A stretch of DNA of 64,000 bases from Trichinella spiralis (taxonomy: Eukaryota): contig NW_003526945.1 of assembly GCF_000181795.1 (NCBI RefSeq), positions 5,035,282 through 5,099,281 on the forward strand. Reading direction: 5' to 3'. Below, in pieces: positions 27,912 to 39,571 of the stretch. Numbering within the stretch: position 1 is the first letter of the stretch; every line of letters begins with the position of its first letter. The notes below the pieces were generated by a model that saw nothing but the letters and a program-made list of their open reading frames with translations, ran no database searches and was not told the DNA's origin. The translations under genes and the position numbers were made by a program.

Positions 27912-30412
27912 ATGGACGCGGATTCTAGCGGTGATGATTGCAGCAGCTCAACACAAGACAGCCAACCGAGATTTTGTAATTCTGATTTGCACAACGTTTA
28001 CATACAAAAGGCGGAAAATGGTATTTTTAAAGGATTTTGCATTTGCCATAAATGAAATGTTCTACTTTTTTTAAGGTTTTGGTTTCAATGTCCGAGGTCA
28101 AGTAAGCGAAGGTGGTCAGTATCGAAGTATTAATGGGCAACTTTTTGCACCACTGCAACATGTTAGTGCCGTAATAAAAAATGGTGCAGCTGAACAAGCC
28201 GGTTTGCTCCGAGGCGATCGTATTTTGGAAGTGTACGTTCAGTTATGATATTTTAATTTGGAAACCAGTTGAGCGATTATATTATTTTTCAGAAATGGAG
28301 TAAACGTTGAAGGTGCAACACACAAGCAGGTCGTCGATTTAATCAAATCTAGTGGAGATGAGCTCATATTAACTGTAATTTCTCTGAGTCCTTCGGAGCA
28401 AGATCGTCTCGACTCATCCAATCATTGCGATGATAATTGGAATACTTCATGTTATGATTATTCTGAAAAGAGATCACTACCTGTTACCATACCATCTTTT
28501 CAGTGGGTTACATCGTGTGGCGAAAAATTTGTCGTATGCATTGCTATTTCTTCTTAACATTCTTTTTTTATTATGTTTCTCTGTGACATTATTTTCAGGT
28601 ATATAATGTACACATGGCTGGTCGACATCTCTGTTCTCGGCGATACAGTGAATTTGAACAATTGCATCGCTATTTGAGAAACGAATTTGTAGAATTTTGT
28701 TTCCCTCGACTACCAATTAAATGGCCATTTCCACTTCGAGAACATCAATTAGATACACGTCGACGTGGCTTAGAACAGTATCTAGAAAGAGGTGGTAGTT
28801 TGACTTGTGATTGATTTTCTTGAAAGTTCTTTGTTATTTATACAATTTTTTACCTTTTTAGTCTGTTCCGTACGTGTGATCGCTGAATCGGATATTATGC
28901 AGGCTTTCCTAATGGAATCCAATCTGCATGAGGTAACAGGGAAATGTATTTGTTAGTTTTATTATTTGTAACGTCATTGCTCAAGGCATCGTATTCAAAC
29001 GTTGATATTCGTATTCTGCTTCCTGACCAGAGCTGGATTTCGGTCAATGTACGTAAAGACAGTAATTGCACAAATGTTTATCGGGTAAGATGTTAATGAA
29101 AATACAGTTTTCCCCCCATTTTTTGAAGACGTCAAATTGTTTAAGGCTTTGCAAAAGCGATTAGGCTGGAGTGATGAATTAGCCAACTGTTTTGCTCTCT
29201 TTGAAATGATCGAATCTGGTTTCGGTAAAGTTCTTGTGTTGACCTTTTAAAATTGAATAATAATAATAATAAGCTTTGTTTTATTTTGGAAAGATCGCAA
29301 AATAAATGCCAACGAACGTCCACATTCTCTATACATACAGAATTATTCATCAGCAGCAGTAACATGTTTAATTGTAAAAAGATGGCTTTTTGATGTGGAT
29401 AAAGAAGAACAATTGTGTTCAACAGACGCATGCTTACATGACATGTTTTTTTGGCTTGTAAGAGGTTCTTTTTAATGGCTTTCTTAAAAGTTTTTATTGC
29501 GAATGTTTGTGTGTTTAGGCTGTTAATGACGTGAATAGCGGCCAAATACAAGCAAATGAAAAACTGTACGAGCTAAAGGCTTTGCAAGATGTGCAACGTA
29601 AACAACAAGTGAGAAAATTTATTTTACTTTTTAATTGATCTAATGTTGATGACTTTCAGTATTTGAAATTGGCTAGAGCGTTGCCTGGTTATGCGGAAAT
29701 TACGTTTCCTTATTGTTTATCTTCTTGGAAAAACGATGGACATGTTATTGTTTCTCTAGGATTCAAACGGTACCTTCTTCAGTCTTGCTCATCCAGCGGT
29801 GAACCACAAGTAAACAATTTGATATGTTTTTTCAATATTGGAATGTTAAAAACTTTTGCTAAAGCATAATTACATCAGGTTGGAGAAATGCATCTAGGTT
29901 GCACTGCTTGTAAGAGAGAGTAGGCATTTCAATGTGAAAAATGCGCATATTGTGACGAGGTGTAAAGTTTTGTTTGTGATTTTATTGAATTATCAGCTTT
30001 TTTTGAATATTTCAAAAATGCTAACGTTTGTGGATTAGTTTAAGCTCAGTAGGTATTTTATTGTTGTCGGTAATGATACAGAATGTGAAGTTGGTATTAT
30101 TTTTTACTTTACTGAAACAACAGCAGGAAAAGATTTGAGAGAGTATTTTTTCAGGAAGCAGTTCTGGAATTGCAGTGGCCAGATGTTGAGAAGTACACTG
30201 TTGATGAAGATGGTTGTTTTATAATAGAATACAATGCAGAAACAGCCAACCTGAAGCGGGTGAAAGTTTTCACTCAATTTGTAAGTCGATTTAATAAAAT
30301 TCTTACAGTACATTGTTTACAGGAAAATGTGTGCTCTTCTACTGTAATTTAGGCGCAATTTATGTGGAACTGCTGCGCAAGGATAATGGAAGAACGGTCG
30401 GCAGAAAATTGA
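27912..30412 (+). CDS. snx-27: Sorting nexin-27 (PDZ-PX-FERM-like), multi-exon
   Basis: [107 protein letters not shown]-like [17 protein letters not shown] 30410-30412. Confidence 0.95.
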
Positions 30413-30864
30413 ATGCTTACATTTAAGAATCAACAGTGAGAAGTGGTCGACATTGGGACCAATGTTTGTGTCGGTTTTGTTTTGATATCCATATTCGAAT
30501 ATTCGCTTCTGTGTTTCATGCACAATTTCTGCTTTTTTTACAGTGATTCCAAGCTTCAGTGGCAATATTCAAATTTTCCGAAAGAAAAAAGTTTCAATTT
30601 CTTCAAAATTGTATTCTGATAGTTATAAATTATGTGGTTTTTAGAATTTTCTGTTAATTATGTGGAAGTTAATTATTTTTCTTATCGAAATGTGAAGGCA
30701 AGAAAATTATTCCACTATCATTTTCTATTGTTATATCATTTTGAACATTCTGTCGTCTTATTCAAACAATTCCGTCCAATAAGTCATATTGTTTTATCTA
30801 ATAACTAATTCAGATTACTCAGTTGTGCCGTATTATTTAAATAAAAAAATAAGCAAATAAGAAA

Positions 30865-31741
30865 CAGAAAAGTAGAATACTTGTTAGTAATTCTGAAACC
30901 GACTTCAGCAGCTACTTAACGCTATAATGAACTGAGAGAACGTTCAACAATGCTACTAATTGGCACGTAAATTAAACAAACAAACGCACCCTTACTGATG
31001 ATAAGGCAGCGTTATAGCGATAGTTATTTGCATAATGCAGCGTCAGAAACCGGTTTTTAGTGCGTTAAAACTTTTCGCTGAAGATAAATTCTTACCTAAG
31101 CCGCGTTGGAATATGAACAGAAGAAATGCACCGTTAAATTCTACCAATAAGGAAAGGGCTATTTGAAAATTCAAAAATGACCTTGACATTTAAACTTCAG
31201 TCAAAATATAAACTATCTGACAAGAAACGCCATAACAAAACAAAATTCACTTAGACAAAACACACCTACGTATTTCTGAAAAATTTTCTTAAGTCAGAAA
31301 ACAAAGTAGCTGAAATGAAGCTAATTTTAAGTGAACAATTTGCGGGCAAAAGCTTGCTTGTGGTCAATTAAAAGTGCACGTTAGCTACGGCAAAGGTGAT
31401 TTTCGAAAGATGGTGTTTTAATAATAGACAAACAATGCGTACAGGGTGTTTTTAATCAATGTCGATTCTCTATTGTATTGTTAAGTGATTATGACTTAAA
31501 AATGAAAAAACTGCTACTTACTGCTAAATGCGCCATTTTCTCATCCTTAATGTTCATTGTCTTTGAATGTTGATTAAAAAATTATTTTTCAGAAATTATT
31601 CCAAAAATAATAATGAATAAAAAGCAAAAATAGTGTTTGGCTTCAATGTTTGTCTTCAGTGAATTTTCCAATGTTAACGCTGAGCTACCATCCACGGACG
31701 GCCCCAAATTGAAATGATTTCCATTATGTCAATAAAGCGAG
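30865..31741 (+). repeat. Dispersed repeat unit, copy 1 (5' segment, runs into a gap)
   Basis: Near-identical to 35208-36090 and 39572-40840 (shared ttcagcagctacttaacgc, gaaaccggtttttagtgcgtta, cttacctaagccgcgttggaatatgaacagaag). Confidence 0.9.
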
Positions 31742-34244
31742 NNNNNNNNNNCCCTATAATCATGCTAAATAGTTAATTTGCTAACATTCCTACATTAATT
31801 TATCATTTAGGAACTAAATGATAAATAAAATATAATGTTCATTCATCTAATAATTGATCAAATTCAATAATTATTGAATTTCATAAAAGTTTATCAATTT
31901 TTCATTTGCATTTCATCTTATAATAGATTTTAATTATTCATTAATTGTATACTGATAATAATATATTTTTAGTTTAAAGCAGTTTTTTACTTTAAAGAAT
32001 GTAATGTCAAAGTAGATTTTTACTTTAAAACAGTCTAATGTAAACAGTTAAAGGGATGTAATATGGTAAACATTAAATTAGCATAATTTTATTTATTAAT
32101 TATTGGTGAATTAGCTATTGTTTGAATATAAATTTTTTACTTATAAAAATGTTAATCGGGGTCTCCTTTAATTAGGCAGTGGAAAAGTAAACTTGGAGTA
32201 AATTAAATAAACAATTAGTTTAGATAAGGTGCAACGAGTTTAATCTTTTCATAAATAGGAAGTAATCTTCTATAAATAGAATGTTATTAATCTGTAACAT
32301 GTAGGAAAACAGTATTAAATATGAGATTAAATTTAATATGCTAATTAGAAAGTTTAAAATGCAACGTAAATGCAACACTGAGTATTTTAATTTTTAATTA
32401 GGTTAAATAACGTCACTCGTAACAACATATTTCAGCAGTGAGAGTTTTTTAATAAATGATTAACATGCAATGTAAACACAAAAGTGGGTTATAATATTTT
32501 CTAATTAGGTATAATAACATCACTCGTAACTACACATTTCAGCAGGGTTTTATAATAGTTAATTAGAATGTTTTAATTGCAAAAAGCAGAAACTTACAGT
32601 TGTCAGCTTTATTTAAAAAGATAAGTAGGCATAATACATTAAATCAATAATGATGAGTTGTAAATCATACGGTAAGTATGCAAACATGAGATGGTTCTGC
32701 AGGACAGTACATTAATTTTGAGTATCAGGTGTGACGGCAATTTGATGTGCATGAGGCGGCAGGCTTAGTAGGCGTAACGATTCACATCTGCCTGGCAACG
32801 CACGCCATCTGGTGCGGAAGCTACGTCTTCGGCGGATCAGAATGGCCATCTGNNNNNNNNNNNNNNNNNNNNNNNNNNNNNNNNNNNNNNNNNNNNNNNN
32901 NNNNNNNNNNNNNNNNNNNNNNNNNNNNNNNNNNNNNNNNNNNNNNNNNNNNNNNNNNNNNNNNNNNNNNNNNNNNNNNNNNNNNNNNNNNNNNNNNNNN
33001 NNNNNNNNNNNNNNNNNNNNNNNNNNNNNNNNNNNNNNNNNNNNNNNNNNNNNNNNNNNNNNNNNNNNNNNNNNNNNNNNNNNNNNNNNNNNNNNNNNNN
33101 NNNNNNNNNNNNNNNNNNNNNNNNNNNNNNNNNNNNNNNNNNNNNNNNNNNNNNNNNNNNNNNNNNNNNNNNNNNNNNNNNNNNNNNNNNNNNNNNNNNN
33201 NNNNNNNNNNNNNNNNNNNNNNNNNNNNNNNNNNNNNNNNNNNNNNNNNNNNNNNNNNNNNNNNNNNNNNNNNNNNNNNNNNNNNNNNNNNNNNNNNNNN
33301 NNNNNNNNNNNNNNNNNNNNNNNNNNNNNNNNNNNNNNNNNNNNNNNNNNNNNNNNNNNNNNNNNNNNNNNNNNNNNNNNNNNNNNNNNNNNNNNNNNNN
33401 NNNNNNNNNNNNNNNNNNNNNNNNNNNNNNNNNNNNNNNNNNNNNNNNNNNNNNNNNNNNNNNNNNNNNNNNNNNNNNNNNNNNNNNNNNNNNNNNNNNN
33501 NNNNNNNNNNNNNNNNNNNNNNNNNNNNNNNNNNNNNNNNNNNNNNNNNNNNNNNNNNNNNNNNNNNNNNNNNNNNNNNNNNNNNNNNNNNNNNNNNNNN
33601 NNNNNNNNCTTAGGCTTTACCCCGCTCCAGGAAAGAGGAGCGTGCGCTCTGCCTGCCCAAAGAGCAAGGAAGAGTTTGCACTCTCCCTGTCTAAGGGAAG
33701 GGAGCTTCACGCTCCGGGATGGGGCCCATTTTTGGTCTCTCCATCCTCCACCTGCATTAAATATTTCAAGTCCCATTTCCGGCATGTTTGCCATTTCGCA
33801 GAACTCATTTATGCCAGACTTTATCTGTTTGTTTGTATTACATTGCACATTTATCACTTTTTTTTGAAAAATAAACTTTTTCATTAATAAAGAATTGTTG
33901 TTGTTGTTGCATTGTTCTTAGTTTATATTAAAAGAAAAAAAATTTTTTTTCTTACTTTTAAATAGATTATTAATTTACATGTATTACGTGTATTATTTGA
34001 TTTTTCCCCATTTTAACTGTTTTGTTTTTGTTCCTATAAACTAATTAATATTGCTGGCTGGCAACTAGTAATGGCAAACATGATTTTCCCCTTTTTAACT
34101 AATCCTACATGAGCATCATCGTTAGGAAATAACGCAGTATTGGTCTTTTGTTACGTCTGTGTATTGTGTCTTTGTAATGAAGAAGCTTTCCACACTCGAC
34201 ATCGCCAAATCGTATCTTCTCCAACATGCCAATACTTACCTCAC

Positions 34245-34292
34245 TTGACCAACGAACGGAATTGACCAACGAACGCAATTGACCAACAAACG
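34245..34292. repeat. 17-bp tandem repeat, ~2.8 copies
   Basis: ttgaccaacgaacggaa / ttgaccaacgaacgcaa / ttgaccaacaaacg. Confidence 0.85.
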
Positions 34293-34949
34293 ATTCGATC
34301 CAACCTATCCACAATCTTTCACCGATCTTGGCTTTCTCCACTTGTCTTCTTTCTTCTCCATGTGCATTACTTTTCCATGGTTTATTACGTGTTTACTTAT
34401 TTGTATGCAATGCATTTCATGTGTCAGAGATTTTACAAAGTCAAACTCAAAATAAAAGAATCAGAGAAAAAATATTTGGAGAAATAAATTGAAAAAAACA
34501 TGCAAATGTACACTATAAGAAGAAAAAAAGTGAAAATAAAAAATAAACAAAAGAAATAATGGGAGAAATTAATAATCAATAAAATGTTTAAAATAATGTA
34601 GGGGAAAATAAAGTTTGAATGAATGTTTTAAGTTTAAAAGTTTGAAAAATAAAAATAAAATAAAAAGAATTTGCTTTAGAAGGTGTTCAAAATCAAATTA
34701 TGTAAGAAAAGAAGAACAAAAATTTCAAATTAAATAGAAATCAAAAATTGTTTCGACACATGAAAGCAGTTGCATACGTAAATTTTGCTGCGTGAAAGAC
34801 CAAGTACTGCATTAATTCAAAACTCAGCCATGTAGGTTGGTCGTTAACTTAATTACAACTATGGGATAACTTCACCCTTTCGAAGTATCCCAATCCCAGA
34901 CCTACAGAATTGGGGTCCCAGGAACTTTGTCTTCTCTTGNNNNNNNNNN

Positions 34950-35036
34950 CGATCTGCTTCGTGCCGTCCTCGATATGCTTCGAGTCGTCCTGGATCTGGC
35001 TTCGTGTCGTCCGCGATCTGCTTCGTGTCGTCCGCG
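34950..35036. repeat. 21-bp GC-rich minisatellite, at least 4 units, abutting a gap
   Basis: cgatctgcttcgtgccgtcct / cgatatgcttcgagtcgtcct / ggatctggcttcgtgtcgtccg / cgatctgcttcgtgtcgtccg. Confidence 0.9.
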
Positions 35037-35207
35037 TTTTCACATTTTCTTTGCTCCATTCTTTAAACCTGTAATAATGATATTAAATCAAAATTGCCCT
35101 TACTTTATCACAAAAGTGAATTACAACAAATATAATAATTAAGTGCTATCTAATTAAAAAATAATTGTTTATATAATGAGTATACAAAGTTTTAAAAAAA
35201 TAAAAAG

Positions 35208-37291
35208 CAGAAAAGTGGAATACTTGTCTGTAAATCTGAAGCGGCCTTCAGCAGCTACTTAACGCCCGTAATGAACTCAGAGAACGTTCAACGATGCTAC
35301 TAATTGGCACGTAAATTAAACAAACAAACGCACCCTTACTGATGATAAGGCGCGTTATAGCGATAGTTATTTGCATAATGCAGCGTTAGAAACCGGTTTT
35401 TAGTGCGTTAAAACTTTTCGCTGAAGATAAATTCTTACCTAAGCCGCGTTGGAATATGAACAGAAGAAATGCACCGTTAAATTCTATCAATAAGGAAAGG
35501 GCTATTTGAAAATTCAAAAATGACCTTGACATTTAAACTTCAGTCAAAATATAAACTATCTGACAAAAAACGCCATAACAAAACAAAATTGACTTAGACA
35601 AAACACACCTACGTATTTCTGAAAAATTTTCTTAAGTCAGAAAAGCAAGTAGCTGAAATGAAGCTAATTTTAAGTGAACAATTTACGGGAAAAAGCTTGC
35701 TTGTGATCAATTAAAAGTGCACGTTAGCTACTGCAAAGGTGATTTTCGAAAGATGGTATTTTAATAATAGACAAACAATGCGTACAGGGTNNTNNNNNTC
35801 NATGTCGATTCTCTATTNTATTGTTAAGTGATTATGACTTAAAAATGAAAAAACTGCTACTTACTGCTAAATGCTCCATTTTCTCATCCTTAATGTTCAT
35901 TGTCTTTGAATGTTGATTAAAAAATTATTTTTCAGAAATTGTTCCAAAAAATAATAATGAATAAAAAGCAAAAATAGTGTTTGGCTTCNATGTTTGTCTT
36001 CNNTGAATTTTCCNAATGNTTAACGCTGANCCACCATCCACGGNCCGGCCTCAAACTGAAATGATTACCATTATGNCAAATAAAGCNGAGCGACATCGCA
36101 TGCAAATTTTTATTTTNATTCATTTCTGCTGATGAATACGGCTACTGGTAACATTTTCCATTTGCTTTTTATTTACTTAATGNCCCTCTGTTTGAGGTGA
36201 AAATTTAATTTGGAGCTTTGCCAAACATATAAACACTTCCCACTNNNNNCANTGNNNNNNNNNNNNACANNNNNTTACAANGACCNCTATCCNGTTGTGT
36301 ATTTTTGTTGGACGTTGCTCCAAATGAAATTTCATATGTATCTGTGGGTGATGTAGGTATTAGAANTTCATTTTGACGTAATGAAGNCCTCGCTATANGG
36401 NCGNCCGAAGCCCGAGATTTTNGTACTTTATAAATAANGATGATTTAATTTNCCTATAACCCTGATTTTTTTATTAATTCCGTAATTCNACCGTATTATT
36501 AGGATANGGAANTGCAATNTNAAACTGATTTTTTCCTAAGGTGAATCGATATTTTGTTAAAATAGTTTAAAAAAATTTATAAAAATCATGATTATAAAGT
36601 ATAAAAGCGCAAATGCAAATGCAACACTGAATGCATGGGATTTGATGCTGAATAAGTTAAAATGATGTCACCCTGAAAANCTGAGATTAATTNGCATGCT
36701 TTTTTTTTTCCNGTTTTCCATAGATAATTTCAAAAATAAGATAGAAATACTTAAAAAGCNAATGAAAAATACACTATGAGTTGTAATGTATTTTTAATTT
36801 GNTACTATTTAATTTAGGTAAAATCACGCAACTCNGAAACAANCAGATTCATAGTAAGCACTTTTTTATTTGAAAAATAAGTAGANCACAACTAACACGT
36901 AAACTGTAAAAANATGAAAAAANTGAGTTNGTGATAATACGAAAAANTATGCAAATTCAACGTGGTTAAATCNAGAANTGCACAATAATNATTCANGTGN
37001 TAATGTATCCACAGAAATGTNCAGCGGNCAGATCTTCTTNCNACCTATACGCTCTTCTCATTGCCGGTTGAATAGACAAGGCTTCTTTGAAAATAACGGC
37101 CGGCGTGAGCTAAAAGAGACTCGGTCGAGCAATCGGAAAATTCCATGCCAAGCAATCATGTTCAGCGTGAGCGAAAAGAGACCATCGAGCAATTGAACAT
37201 TCTGTATCTACCAATCACGTATGGCGTGAGCGAAAAGAGACTACGCGGGCTAATTTCCGACGAAATGCGAAGCGACACACCACTACGCTAA
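35208..37291 (+). repeat. Dispersed repeat unit, copy 2 (~2.1 kb, low-quality bases), ending just before the TATA box seen in copy 3
   Basis: Collinear with 39572-41921, including the three GGCGTGAGC(G/T)AAAAGAG-type subrepeats; similarity stops at ..cactacgctaa. Confidence 0.85.
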
Positions 37292-37529
37292 TACGTAAAA
37301 AAAGGAATGTAAATACAATATGAGTTGCAATGTATTTTAATTGCACATTAATTAGATAAAATCACGCACCTCGAAACAACAGGTTCATAGTAAGCACTTT
37401 TTATTGAAAAATAAGGATAACAAACACGTAAACGGTAAAAAATGAAAAAAAAAGAGTTGTAATAATACGAAAATTATGCAAATTTAAGGTGGTTTATCAG
37501 AATGTAGAGTAATATTAAGCGTAATGAAC

Positions 37530-38740
37530 TGTTGCAAGTTGAGCGGAAGGTCTTCTGGCCCACCCGCTCTTCCCATAGCCGGCGCCTTCCCTTTCGTATC
37601 CGTAGTCTTCAGGGCCATCCATTTCTTTATTTGTTTCTGTTCGGCGAGTTGACCGCTCGTCGAGGCTCCGTTTTTAACATTGCTATACTCTTCAAATGGC
37701 ACATCAATTCGCTTCTTTCTCTGCTATCGCTGCAGGTCACTGGTTTTGGTAGATTCGGGAAGAATGTTCTCACATATCATACAACAGAAGCTTCGTGAGC
37801 TGCAGGTATCTTTTCAGTTGCATCAACGCCAGTTTAGAGATGGGAGGTGTGCAATAGATAGACAGACAGATAGACAGCCGCGATAGTGTGCGGGATTTGT
37901 GAGGGTTTCATGATCAGTGTTCCATACGTAGTGAATGGTTACTGTTGCACTTGGTGGACATGCGGGCACCACGTGGAGCGTCCTATCGCTTTTTTTCTTA
38001 TTTTCTTTATTGTTGGTGTTCTCCAAAGACACCGTCCAAAATTTCATTTCCACATCAAGAAGATTTTCAATCGTTCACGTTCTGGAATGCTCGTGATGAT
38101 CTCAAAATAGTTTTCCACCCACATGTCTGCAGGTACGTGGCGTATGTACTTGTAGGTCAAAAATGATGTTACCTCTTTAGTCCAATGTGAATCTGGAGCA
38201 TAGGATCACTGGAGCAACCAGAATGGCTTCTTCCGCCGGATACGGATGCTATTTCAACGATGGCGTAGCTGGTTGTGCCACATCGCTGGCTTCAACCATT
38301 ACACTGCTTCAGCCGCTCATACAGTGTTTCTTCTTTACTGTTTTTGTAGCTCATCCGTCCTGAACAACCTCGATGCAAAATTTCTATTCTGATTTCACAT
38401 TTCGTCATATTCCATTAAACAGTCAGATAACAGTTCCATAAATCCTGTGATCAACTCTTGCTTCAGTGCTTGTATTCTCACTGAAGCATGAAATTTTGTA
38501 ACTTTCGAATCAGAAGGATCTCCTTCTGACTCAGGCGCTCTTCTCATAGCCGGCACCTTATCTTTCGTATCGGAAGTCTTCAGAGCCACTCTCCTTCTTC
38601 TTGTCGTCAAGATGGCGAATTGAATGTTCGTCGACTGCTTCAGCCGCTCATACTATGCTCCTTCTTCACTGTTTCAGCAACTCATCGGTCTTGAGCAACT
38701 TCGATTAAGAATTTGTTTTCTGCTTTTCTTCGATTTTGAT
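37530..38740 (-). pseudogene. Decayed, internally duplicated coding-like sequence of an unknown family
   Basis: Paralogous peptides VALKTSDTKDKVPAMRRA (ORF 38395-38610) and MALKTTDTKGKAPAMGRA (ORF 37484-37702); ~90-bp direct repeat 38303-38392 vs 38633-38722; stops and frameshifts in all frames. Confidence 0.45.
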
Positions 38741-38812
38741 TCAAGGCGAATGCTGGCAAGCATCACATTCGCCTTGAATGAAAGTGACGTGAAAACAAAT
38801 TAAACATGCGCA

Positions 38813-39477
38813 ACAACGAACGAAAAACAGTCGTCACTATACAACCATTTTCCATTTCTTCAATACATAAACACGCTTAGCGGCTTTATTATTGCTTTAC
38901 TGGCAATCAATCACGTCATCCCTTCTTCATTTGAAACTAATACGCTGTCGATTGGCGTTTTTCATATTTATAACGGTTGATCTTTGTTCCACTGACAAAA
39001 CCACTTTACTGCGCTTCTCCACCAAACGAAGACACGAATGGATTAACCAGCACAATACCACTACTTGCCGTATTCGCTGGGACCCATCCACCAGCGCATA
39101 AAAATAGTGTAATACGCAGGATGAAAATGATTATTAGTTGACAAAGATCCTCTCACAAACACGCACACAAACACACACATGAACAGCGCAACGCAACCAC
39201 CGCACTGAACACAACGCCAAACGGCGACTGCGCTCGCTCGCCTGCCACGGCTACTTTTATACTAGCGTGGAGGTGTGTTGCGTCGCAATTCGTCCAAAAT
39301 TAGCCAGCGTAGTCTCTTTTCGCTCACGCCAATCGTGATTGGTAGATACAGAATTTTGAATTGCTCGATGGTCTCTTTTCGCTCACGCAGAACATGATTG
39401 CTTGGCATGGAATTTTCCAAATGCTCGATAGAGTCTCTTTTTGCTCACGCCGGTCGTTATTTGGCAACGAGACTCGT
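38813..39477 (-). repeat. Inverted copy (665 bp) of the promoter-bearing 3' end of the repeat unit
   Basis: Reverse complement of 41707-42371, e.g. ggctacttttatactagcgtggaggtgtgt vs acacacctccacgctagtataaaagtagcc. Confidence 0.92.
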
Positions 39478-39571
39478 CTAACGATCATTCGATATTATTC
39501 AAATGCTTTTCATTCGGTTACATTAGTCGACATTCCATTATTTGATGTATTGTAATATTTCATTCGCTACT

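Larger units (their letters stand above)
32712..35059 (-). pseudogene. Fragmented, possibly disrupted gene of an unknown family with a 7-aa repeat; interrupted by gaps
   Basis: GC-richer exon-like blocks at 35068-34870, ~34350-34240 (ends GAG|gtaagt), ~33826-33609 and 32852-32712; ATG at 35059 follows acceptor attacag|; repeat frame DDTKQIA is broken by a 1-nt insertion. Confidence 0.35.

Noticed and set aside
32712..33884. Long 288-390 aa ORFs; likewise those at 40352-40742
   Set aside because: Their length comes from N gaps.
37085..39477. Endogenous densovirus/parvovirus (inverted ends, TATA plus CAGT)
   Set aside because: No NS1 HUH or SF3 helicase motifs and no capsid/PLA2 motif in the enclosed sequence.
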